This document shows, piece after piece, positions 1-8,109 of a stretch of 64,000 nt of DNA. Under the pieces are notes generated by a model. The model did not search any database and was not told the DNA's origin. It saw only the letters and a list, made by a program, of their open reading frames with translations. Position numbers and translations under genes: made by a program. Source of the stretch: an uncultured Planctomycetaceae bacterium (lineage in GTDB: Bacteria > Planctomycetota > Planctomycetia > Planctomycetales > Planctomycetaceae); the NCBI GenBank assembly GCA_963813715.1, contig CAWFAK010000008.1, forward strand, positions 96,001 through 160,000. Direction: 5' to 3'. Positions within the stretch are counted from its first letter, which is position 1, and each line of letters opens with the position of its first letter.

Positions 1-156
1 GGCGGATCCATGTTTATCCCGACCAATTGACGATTTTTCCCAGTTTCACTACAAGCCCTCCGCGCTGAGTTGGGCCATCGGCGTCGCGGGCTGTCGGCGG
101 TCTTCGGCCCGCTTCGTGGCCAGGATTCTTGCTTGTCGGATCTCGGGATCTCTCAA

Positions 157-1200
157 GTGACAGCAGCCCACTCTTGGCCGTTAACTCCGGCCTCTCCGCT
201 TGCCGGGCAGGCTCCAGTTCCCGTCGAGCTGGAAACTGTCGATTGCCTGCTCTGTGGCGGCTCCGATCATGAAACGATCGTCATCACTCACGATCGGCTC
301 ACGCGGATCGGCGGCAACTTTCGCGTCGTCCGCTGCCGCAATTGCCAGTTGGCCTTCACGAACCCACGGCCCACCGAGCGCGACCGCGGGCTGTTTTACC
401 CGGCCGACTACGCGCCGCATTTGAAGCCGGCGGCGAACGCCAGTGCGGTGGCCAGCTGGCGGCGAATGCTCGAGCGGGCCGTGCTGCGACATCGTTACGG
501 CTATCCGCCCGCGCACTTCAACGCGGCGACGCGGCTGCAGTCGCTCTTGGGTCGCGCCCTGATCCGGCGGCGGCGCGACCGTCAGCACTGGGTGCCGTTT
601 CGCGCACCGGGCCGGCTGCTCGACTTTGGCTGTGGCGCCGACGATTTCTTGGATCAGATGCGCGATTACGGCTGGCGCGTGGAAGGGGTCGACTTGTTCC
701 CCCACGTTGTCGAGGCCGTCCGCCGCAAGCCGGGCATGCGGGCCCACCTGGGCACCTTGCCGCATCCCGACATCAAGCCCGGCACGTTCGACGCGATCAC
801 CATGCGGCACTCGCTGGAGCACGTCCCCTTCCCCAAAGTGGTCCTGGAAGCGGCGGCGGATGCGCTTCGTAGCGGAGGCGTGCTCGTCGTCGGCGTGCCG
901 AATTTCGACTCTTGGTCGTTTCAACACTTCCAGCAGAACTGGACGGGCCTCGCCCTGCCGCGACACCTCACGCACTTCACTCCGGCAACGTTGTGCCGGA
1001 TGGCCGAGGCCGTGGGCTTCCGCACGCTGGCCATCGAACAGATTGGCCGCGATGGGCGGATCCGCAAGTCGGCCCGCATCGCCGCGGCCGCCGGCGCGCC
1101 CAGCCTGCTGCGTCGAAAGCTGCCGGCCGGACTCGTCGCCCGCTGGACCGAACTCACTGGCCGGGCAGACAGCCTGCGGCTGATCGCGGAAAAGATCTGA
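157..1200 (+). CDS. Class I SAM-dependent methyltransferase with N-terminal Zn-ribbon
   Basis: CLLC...CRNC cysteine pairs, SAM motif LLDFGCG, HSLEHV and VGVPNFDS/LPRHLTHF motifs. GTG start at 157 chosen; ORF is open from 70. Confidence 0.85.
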   Translation: MTAAHSWPLTPASPLAGQAPVPVELETVDCLLCGGSDHETIVITHDRLTRIGGNFRVVRCRNCQLAFTNPRPTERDRGLFYPADYAPHLKPAANASAVASWRRMLERAVLRHRYGYPPAHFNAATRLQSLLGRALIRRRRDRQHWVPFRAPGRLLDFGCGADDFLDQMRDYGWRVEGVDLFPHVVEAVRRKPGMRAHLGTLPHPDIKPGTFDAITMRHSLEHVPFPKVVLEAAADALRSGGVLVVGVPNFDSWSFQHFQQNWTGLALPRHLTHFTPATLCRMAEAVGFRTLAIEQIGRDGRIRKSARIAAAAGAPSLLRRKLPAGLVARWTELTGRADSLRLIAEKI

Positions 1201-1257
1201 AGCGGTCAAAGATCGGCAACCGGCGATTCGACGCGATCAAATGATTCATGGCGTCGG

Positions 1258-1854
1258 TCAGCGGCGGTGTGAGGGCCAGGCTTGGAGCGCAATCGCGGCC
1301 ACCCGTTCGAGTTCTTCGCGATTGGCCCCGCTCGCGGCCTGCACCGACATCCCGTTCAGCACGGTGGCGACAAACCGCGCGAGGTCGGCGGGCTGAACGT
1401 CTGTAGCGAGATCGCCTTCAGCCACCGCCCGCTCGAAGCGTTCGCGGAGCGCGACGACCAGCGCATCGCGCCGCGCCGCCATTTCCCGTCGCAGGCAATC
1501 GGCCGTTTCGCCGCAGGCCAGCGCCCCCTGCACCAGGAAGCACCCGCGCGGATTGCGGGAGTCGGTCATCAGTTCGATGCTTTGCCGGAATAGCCGTTCG
1601 ACGACGTGGCGGGCCGTCCGTTCTTCCAGGGCTGCACGGCTGGCCGCGGCCGGGCCGTCGAGATAACGATCGACGGCCTTGCGAAAGAGGGCTTCCTTGT
1701 TGCCGAAGGCCGCGTACAGGCTGGGCCGGCTGATCCGCATGGCCTTGGTCAGGGCCGGCAGCGACGCCCCTTCGTAACCGCGGCGCCAAAAGACCTGCAG
1801 GGCGCGATCCAGCGCTTTGTCGATGTCGAATTCTCGGGGTCGCCCACTCGGCAC
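1258..1854 (-). CDS. TetR/AcrR-family transcriptional regulator
   Basis: GRPREFD...FWRRGYEGAS...SRPSLYAAFGNKEALF helix-turn-helix; C-terminal GCFLVQ motif; divergent from the SDR gene. Confidence 0.93.
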   Translation of the reverse strand: MPSGRPREFDIDKALDRALQVFWRRGYEGASLPALTKAMRISRPSLYAAFGNKEALFRKAVDRYLDGPAAASRAALEERTARHVVERLFRQSIELMTDSRNPRGCFLVQGALACGETADCLRREMAARRDALVVALRERFERAVAEGDLATDVQPADLARFVATVLNGMSVQAASGANREELERVAAIALQAWPSHRR

Positions 1855-1870
1855 GTGAAGTTGTCCTTTC

Positions 1871-1940
1871 TGTACCGAATAGTACACTAATTGGATTGAC
1901 GGATCAATCTGGCTCGCGTATTTTTGTATCGTTCAGTATA
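1871..1940. promoter_or_regulatory. Two candidate TetR operators
   Basis: TGTAC-CGAATA-GTACA (1871-1886) and the related TGTAT-CGTTCA-GTATA (1925-1940) lie between divergent tetR and SDR. Confidence 0.7.
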
Positions 1941-2005
1941 GAAGGCGCGGGACCCAATCGGGACCGCCAATCGCAACCAGCGGGTTTTTGACAGGAGTCT
2001 CAGCC

Positions 2006-2758
2006 ATGTCGCAGAAACTTGCGGGAAAAGTGGCCGTCGTGACTGGAGCGTCGAAGGGAATCGGGGCGGAAATCGCCCGCCAGCTGGCCGCCGAGGGGGC
2101 CGCGGTCGTCGTCAATTACGCTTCGAGCAAAACGGGAGCCGAACGGGTCGTTAACGATATCACCGGCAAGGGAGGCAAGGCGGTCGCCGTCCAGGCCGAC
2201 ATGTCGAAAGAGGCCGACATCCGCCGTCTGTTCGCCGAGACGAAAAAGAACTTCGACAAGCTCGACGTCCTGGTCAACAACGCCGGCGTCTACGAATTCC
2301 TGCCGCTGGAGAATATTACGGCCGACGCCTTCCACCGGATGTTCAACCTGAATGTGCTGGGCCTGATTCTCGCTTCGCAAGAAGCCGTGAAACATTTCGG
2401 TTCCGCGGGCGGCAGCATCGTCAACATCAGCTCGGTGGCTTCCACGGCCGCGCTGCCGACCGCGTCGGTCTATAGCGCGACCAAAGCGGCCGTCGACGCC
2501 GTCACGCGGTCGCTGGCGCAGGAGTTGGGCCCCCGCAAAATCCGCGTCAACTCGATCAATCCCGGCATGATCGAAACCGAAGGCCTCCACTCGGCTGGCA
2601 TTGCCGAAAGCGATTTTCGCAAACAAACCGAGACTCAGACGCCGCTGGGCCGCATCGGCAAGCCGCAGGACATCGCACCGATGGCCGCCTTCCTGGCCTC
2701 GTCCGACTCCTCGTGGATTACCGGCGAATCGTTCTACATCAGCGGCGGCGTGCGCGAG
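2006..2758 (+). CDS. SDR-family oxidoreductase (FabG/glucose 1-dehydrogenase-like); stop codon apparently lost
   Basis: TGASKGIG, NNAG, YSATK and NSINPG motifs. Homologous sequence ends at FYISGGVR (2755); GTGCGC-GAGGC would read TGA with one more T. The ORF otherwise runs on to 3007. Confidence 0.9.
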
Positions 2759-2842
2759 GCGCGCCCTTGGCGTAGACCGCCCCTCATTCTCACGACTCGG
2801 CCGACGGGCGGACGCGCTTCCGCCGGTCGGCCGTCGCCTTGT

Positions 2843-3244
2843 TCACTCCGCGCGAGGCGGCGCGGGCAGGATCCGCTGGGCGGCCTCGATAATCTTGCCG
2901 ATCGTGATCGGACGAACCAAGAGCGCGGCGACCTGGTCGGCAATCGGCTCCTATTGATCCCGGTTGATCGAACCGATAACCAGGACCAGCGGGATGCCGG
3001 GGGCTAGCGTCAACAGGTAACGCACCGCTTGTGGCGTTGCCTCCGGATCCTCATGCGCGTCGAGCAACACCAACCGCGGCTCGACCGAGTGCTGCAGCAG
3101 CCGGCCCAGCGCGACTGCGATCCCCGGCACGGGCAGCACGTCATAGCCCGCCTCGAGCAGCTCGCCATACAACAGGCGTCGCTCGCCCAAGTCGGCGGCG
3201 ATCAGCAGCACGTCACGGCATGGGGACTCTTCGATCAAAATCAT
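2843..3244 (-). CDS. Atypical receiver (CheY-like) domain protein interrupted by an in-frame TAG
   Basis: VLLIAAD...EAGYDV...PRLVLLD receiver pattern. After TAG (2951-2953) the same frame continues EPIADQVAALLVRPITIGKIIEAAQRIL to TGA at 2843-2845. Confidence 0.6.
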
Positions 3245-3398
3245 TTCCTCGGATGGACGCGGTGAGACGAGTCGAATCGGAAATTCACCCGGGTGGTCTA
3301 GCCGATTTTTCAGCTAATATCGGGGACCGTCGGTCGAATTTGTTGGGAGTTCCCGCCACCTGCCACCCTCCCATTCCAAAGACCCTTGGTCGAGCATT

Positions 3399-4109
3399 AT
3401 GGACGTTGCGAGCGGAGCCGAGTCCGCGCCGGACACAAAACCGACAGCGGAGGTGCGCTTGGGTCGCGTGACCTTCAAGGGTGTCCGCGCGGCCCTCATC
3501 TTGATCGCCGTCGTCGTGGCGATCGGCGTCCTGGTCTACCGATCGTCCCCGCGAGCCAGCGTGCTCATTTCGGCCGGGCTCTGGTTCGCGATGGATGTCT
3601 ATTGGAGCATTGCCGAGACCAGGCGGCACCAAACCAAGTCGCAGGAATCGTCCGAGTCGCGCCGTCGTCACGGTCTGCTGACGATGACCGCCTTGTTGCT
3701 GCTGTTTGTCCCGATTCCAGGTTTGACCGGGCAATTCGTTCCCGACACGCTCACGACGGCCCTCGTCGGACTGGGCATCCAGATCGGCTTCAACCTCTTT
3801 TACTTTTACGCGCGGTTCTACCTGGGGAAATTGTGGAGCGGGGCGATCACGATCATGAGCGGTCACGAGCTGATCCAAACCGGACCCTATCGCTTCCTCC
3901 GCCACCCAATGTACACGGGAATGCTTGGCATGGCCGCGGGGACGGCCATCGTCTCGGGGCAATATCACGCCCTGCTGGGCGTCGCCCTCTTCGTGGTGGC
4001 TTACGCCCGCAAGATCCGGATGGAAGATCGCGTCCTCGCCGCGGAATTCGGCGAACTTTTTTCCATCTATCGTAAGCGGACAGCTGCGCTGATCCCCTGG
4101 ATCTTGTGA
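3399..4109 (+). CDS. Isoprenylcysteine carboxyl methyltransferase (ICMT/Ste14) family membrane protein
   Basis: HELIQTGPYRFLRHPMYTG and EDRVL...FG..F..Y motifs; several transmembrane segments. Confidence 0.9.
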   Translation: MDVASGAESAPDTKPTAEVRLGRVTFKGVRAALILIAVVVAIGVLVYRSSPRASVLISAGLWFAMDVYWSIAETRRHQTKSQESSESRRRHGLLTMTALLLLFVPIPGLTGQFVPDTLTTALVGLGIQIGFNLFYFYARFYLGKLWSGAITIMSGHELIQTGPYRFLRHPMYTGMLGMAAGTAIVSGQYHALLGVALFVVAYARKIRMEDRVLAAEFGELFSIYRKRTAALIPWIL

Positions 4110-4136
4110 TTCCGGTGTTGTGACAGCCGAGTCTGG

Positions 4137-4173
4137 TTGCCGCACCAGAATGGCAGGTCGCGGCAATTTTTTT
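4137..4173 (+). terminator. Possible intrinsic terminator
   Basis: TTGCCGC...GCGGCAA stem with a long loop, followed by T7, just after the ICMT gene. Confidence 0.35.
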
Positions 4174-4209
4174 GATTTCGTGCTTGACCTTCCGCCGTCG
4201 AATCGCCAA

Positions 4210-4230
4210 ATATATCCATGTTGGTTATAT
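4210..4230. promoter_or_regulatory. Candidate PadR operator
   Basis: AT-rich imperfect palindrome ATATATCCA-TGT-TGGTTATAT about 20 bp upstream of the padR ATG; TTGACC at 4184-4189. Confidence 0.5.
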
Positions 4231-4249
4231 CAACTCCGGATGTACTGGC

Positions 4250-4645
4250 ATGGATGGAGGCGACAAGGACGACCCGGGAATCACCGCCCTGCTGCCGTTG
4301 ACCCCCGCCGTCTTCCACATCCTGCTCGCCCTGGCCGACGGCGAGCGGCACGGCTACGGGGTCATGCTGGAAGTCGATCGGATCACGTCGGGCCAACTGC
4401 GGCTCGGGCCGGGGACGCTCTACCGGTCGATCCAACGGATGCTCGTCGACGGCTTGATCGTCGAGCGCAAGGAGGCCGTCGATCCGGACGTCGACGACGA
4501 ACGGCGGCGCTATTATCGCCTGACCAAAATCGGCCTCGAGGTGGCCCGTGCCGAAGCGCAGCGGCTGGACGCGCTGGTTAAGGCAGCCCGCCAGCGCGGT
4601 TTATTAAAGAAGACGGCCCCCACGTCGCGGGGAACCCGATCCTGA
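4250..4645 (+). CDS. PadR-family transcriptional regulator
   Basis: ILLALADGERHGY, GPGTLYRSI and RRRYYRLT motifs. Confidence 0.92.
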   Translation: MDGGDKDDPGITALLPLTPAVFHILLALADGERHGYGVMLEVDRITSGQLRLGPGTLYRSIQRMLVDGLIVERKEAVDPDVDDERRRYYRLTKIGLEVARAEAQRLDALVKAARQRGLLKKTAPTSRGTRS

Positions 4646-4715
4646 GCACACATTCGATCGCACAGACAGTGACCAAACCAATAACGCCGACACCGACAAC
4701 GAGGAGGCATGGCAA

Positions 4716-5198
4716 ATGACCGGCACAGTGACGCAAAATGTCGACGATTTTCACACGATCACTCCCCACCTGATCGTGCGTGACGCGCCGCGGGCGATCG
4801 AGTTCTATACCCGCGCATTCGGCGCCGCGGAGCTCTACCGCAATCTGGCTCCGGATGGCAAATCGGTGATGCACGCGGAACTGATGCTTGGTAACTCACG
4901 GTTCCTGCTTCACGACGAATTCCCTGAGCAAAAGCTGCTCTCGCCGCTGGCCTATGAGGGGACCGGCGTCACATTGCACCTTTATGTCGACGATGTCGAC
5001 GCCATGTTCCGTGCGGCTGTCGACGCCGGCGCCGAGGTGCTCATGCCGGTGGAAGACTGCTTCTGGGGCGACCGCTACGGCATCCTCAAGGACCCGTTCG
5101 GGCACCGCTGGTCGGTCGCGACCCGTCTGAAAGACTTGTCGCCGGCCCAGCTCCAGCGCCGAGCCAGCGAATACTGCGAGGAACAGCGGAGCGAGTGA
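4716..5198 (+). CDS. VOC/glyoxalase (PhnB-like) protein
   Basis: ITPHLIVRDA..AIEFY, MHAEL, FWGDRYG..KDPFGHRW; strong RBS GAGGAGG. Confidence 0.92.
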   Translation: MTGTVTQNVDDFHTITPHLIVRDAPRAIEFYTRAFGAAELYRNLAPDGKSVMHAELMLGNSRFLLHDEFPEQKLLSPLAYEGTGVTLHLYVDDVDAMFRAAVDAGAEVLMPVEDCFWGDRYGILKDPFGHRWSVATRLKDLSPAQLQRRASEYCEEQRSE

Positions 5199-5296
5199 GC
5201 CGGCGAGCCCGGAATCCGCAGCCCCTCGATCAAACACTTTGTCTTGCTTGTGACCGTTTTTGGCATTTTCAATCCAGTGACGGGTCGGAGAGCTCT

Positions 5297-5698
5297 ATGC
5301 TCCGCAGCATTCTTGGCGTGGTGACCGGATACCTCGTTTTCGCAGCCTCAGGGTTTGCCTTGTTCCACGTTACCGGGCAGCCGCCTCACGGCGAAGCGTC
5401 GCTCCGCTTCATGGTCGGGGCGACGGTATACGGCATGGCGTTCGCGCTCTTCGGCGGCTATCTGAGCGGTTGGATCGCCGGTCGCGGCCCGTTGGCGCAC
5501 AGCGTCGCGATGGCAGTCGTCCTGGCACTGGGGGCGGGCGCCTCACTCGCGGCGACGATGGGGCGAGGATTTATCTGGTCGCAAGTTGCCGCCCTGGTGC
5601 TGATGGCGCCGGCCGCGGTCGCCGGCGGTTGGCTGAGGCAATGCCTGTCGCCCCAGTCGCCGGCCGGAGTTGGCGCGGCTGGCGATCTGAGTCTTTAG
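5297..5698 (+). CDS. Hypothetical 4-TM membrane protein
   Basis: Four hydrophobic helices starting MLRSILGVVTGY; GGAG upstream. Confidence 0.7.
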   Translation: MLRSILGVVTGYLVFAASGFALFHVTGQPPHGEASLRFMVGATVYGMAFALFGGYLSGWIAGRGPLAHSVAMAVVLALGAGASLAATMGRGFIWSQVAALVLMAPAAVAGGWLRQCLSPQSPAGVGAAGDLSL

Positions 5699-5818
5699 CA
5701 GTGACAAGCAGTTCCTCCAATGCGAGACCACCGAAATCAAATCAGGCCAAAGCGGACCCGTGAAAAATCGCGAACGACCGATTTTCCCTGCAAACATTCC
5801 CTCCCCAGGAGAGCTGAC

Positions 5819-6619
5819 ATGCGGATTCTACCCCTCGGATTGCTCGTGCTGTTGTTGTTCCCCTCGGCCACCTTCCACCGTCTTGCCGCGGACGAAAGAA
5901 TCGACCCCCAAGCCGTCGTCAAGAAAGCTATCCAGGCGATCGGAGGGGAAGCAACGGTCGCCAGGTCCCAGAGCGTGTTCATGAAGGGGACCTGCACGTT
6001 CTACGGCATGGGGCAGCCGATCGAGTGCACGGGAGAATGGTTCAAGCAACTGCCGGCGCGACTCAAGGCGTCGTACCACATGAATCTGAACGGCAAGGAC
6101 GTCACCCGCGTCGAAGCGGTGACGAAGGACCAGGGTTGGCTGGCCATTGCCGGTCGCGTCCGCGATCTGCCGAATGACCAGCTCGTGGAGATTCGCGAGG
6201 GAATGCAGGCCGGTCACCTGACGACGCTACTGCCACTGCGAGAGCCGGAGTGCCATTTGTCGTCCGTCGGCGAGGCGGAAGTCGCTGGTCGACCGGCGGT
6301 CGGGCTCAAGGTCTCGCGCGGCGGGCACCGGGATGTGCTGCTGTACTTCGACAAGCAGTACGGATATCTGGTCAAGAGGCAGGAGCGCGTCAAAGGCATG
6401 ACGGGCGGGGAAGTCGACGAAGAGACGCTTTACAGTGATTACCGCGACTTCGACGGCGTCCGCAGCTACAAGAAGATGACGACCAAGCGCGACGGCAAGC
6501 CCTTCTTGGAGTGCGAATTCTCCGAGTTCAAACCGGTGGCCAACATTCCAGACAGCACGTTCGCGAAACCCAAGGGTGTCGCCACCAACACTGGATCACC
6601 GGCCAAGGCCGGCAACTAA
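5819..6619 (+). CDS. Exported beta-rich hypothetical protein (possibly LolA-like fold)
   Basis: Signal peptide; VVKKAIQAIGG, LLYFDKQYGYLVK and YSDYRDFDGV pattern; RBS AGGAG. Confidence 0.75.
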   Translation: MRILPLGLLVLLLFPSATFHRLAADERIDPQAVVKKAIQAIGGEATVARSQSVFMKGTCTFYGMGQPIECTGEWFKQLPARLKASYHMNLNGKDVTRVEAVTKDQGWLAIAGRVRDLPNDQLVEIREGMQAGHLTTLLPLREPECHLSSVGEAEVAGRPAVGLKVSRGGHRDVLLYFDKQYGYLVKRQERVKGMTGGEVDEETLYSDYRDFDGVRSYKKMTTKRDGKPFLECEFSEFKPVANIPDSTFAKPKGVATNTGSPAKAGN

Positions 6620-6713
6620 GGAAATCGCGGGCCGTACATTCCGCCGGACGCACACTCGGAAGGACCGCGCCGGCGGCACGCTGGCGAAACCAAAATCGCT
6701 CCGCAACGAGAAG

Positions 6714-7859
6714 TCACCGGTTGAGCACGCCCTTGTCCGAAACGTACTGCTCGGCCGTCTCGCGGCTGATCTTGTGGGCGACGAACAGCTGTCGCACCGA
6801 CTCGTCCAGCGGCAGCATTCCTTCGGCCCGGCTGGTGAGGATGATGCGGTCGATGCTTTCGTCTTTACCCGTGCGGATGGCGCTGGCGATCGGCGAGTTG
6901 TTGAAGAGGATCTCGAGAGCCAGCTCGCGCTTCCCGCCCGTGGCACTGGGCAACAGGTGCTGGCAGATCACGGCACGCAGACTCATCGCCAGCTGCGCGC
7001 GAAGCTCGGCCTGCACGTTGGCCGGCACGAGATCGACGTAGCGGGTGAGGGCTCCCTTGGCGTCGCGGGTGTGCAGCGTGGCGAACACCAGGTGGCCCGT
7101 CTCCGCCGCGCTCAGCACCATCTGGGCCGTGTCGCGATCGCGGATCTCACCGACCAGAATCACGTCGGGATCTTGTCGCAGTCCGTATTTCAGTCCCTCG
7201 GCGAATGAGGCGACGTCGCGCCCGACCTCGCGCTGTGTCACGATCGACCGCTCGTCGTGGGGAAAGACGTATTCGATCGGCTCTTCGAGCGTGATGATCC
7301 GATAATCACCCTCTTGGGCGAGCCGCTTGATCAGCATCGCCAGCGTGGTGGTCTTTCCGGCGCCCGACACGCCGGAAATGAGCACCAAGCCGTTACGAAA
7401 GTGAGTCAGTCGCTGCGCGAGCGGCAGCGGAAAGCCGGCCCATTGAAATTCCGGAATCGTCGAGGGAATGATCCGGAAACAGGCTCCGCAGTTCTGGCTG
7501 CTGACGAAATAGTTGACTCGCAGCCGCCGCGGGCCGCTGCCGAAATCCAGCTCAAGCGCGAAGTCCGCGTTGTGTTCCCGCTCGAACCGCTGCCAGGCGT
7601 CGGGCGGACTCACTGCCTTCAGCGCGGCTCGGGCAATTTCTTCGGTGAGCGCGGGGCCGGCTAGCTGCTGCAATCGGCCGTGTACGCGGATTGTCGGCCG
7701 ATGTCCGACTACGACATGCAGATCGGAGGCTCCTTGTTCGATCGCCTGGGCCAGCGCCGGGCGGAGGAACGACGTTTCGAATACGTCGGCAGTCATTGGG
7801 ATGGCCGTTTGGGTGCGGGGATGGGCGGGTTGTGACCTCGCCGCGCATTGAGAACTCAT
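6714..7859 (-). CDS. pilT: PilT/PilU-family type IV pilus ATPase
   Basis: ASDLH, Walker A GVSGAGKTT, EEPIEY, LRQDPDVILVGEIRD, AETGHLVFATLHT. The start may be 7796. Confidence 0.93.
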   Translation of the reverse strand: MSSQCAARSQPAHPRTQTAIPMTADVFETSFLRPALAQAIEQGASDLHVVVGHRPTIRVHGRLQQLAGPALTEEIARAALKAVSPPDAWQRFEREHNADFALELDFGSGPRRLRVNYFVSSQNCGACFRIIPSTIPEFQWAGFPLPLAQRLTHFRNGLVLISGVSGAGKTTTLAMLIKRLAQEGDYRIITLEEPIEYVFPHDERSIVTQREVGRDVASFAEGLKYGLRQDPDVILVGEIRDRDTAQMVLSAAETGHLVFATLHTRDAKGALTRYVDLVPANVQAELRAQLAMSLRAVICQHLLPSATGGKRELALEILFNNSPIASAIRTGKDESIDRIILTSRAEGMLPLDESVRQLFVAHKISRETAEQYVSDKGVLNR

Positions 7860-8109
7860 CCTAGCCGGGGCCGAGGCGGGCGAACAACGGGCGCGCGAGC
7901 TCGCATGAAAGCACCTTAAGAATCGCCAAGATCGCCCCGGCGACTTCCCCGGCCGGAGGCCCGCGAGGAGGACCCAAAACCCCGAAAAACAGCCTGTCTT
8001 CAGGTTCGCCGAAATTCGGACCGTGGCTGGTACTAGTTGAACGAACGTTGCGGTAGGATGTTTCCCAGGATTCTTTCGGCCGGTGTTTCGCTACCTCGAG
8101 GGTTCTACC

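Noticed and set aside
2951..2953. Stop-codon reassignment or pyrrolysine at the in-frame TAG
   Set aside because: Single case; TAG ends many intact genes here and no pyl genes are present.
2759..3007. C-terminal extension of the SDR ORF
   Set aside because: Low-information sequence overlapping the convergent receiver gene; best explained by a lost stop codon.
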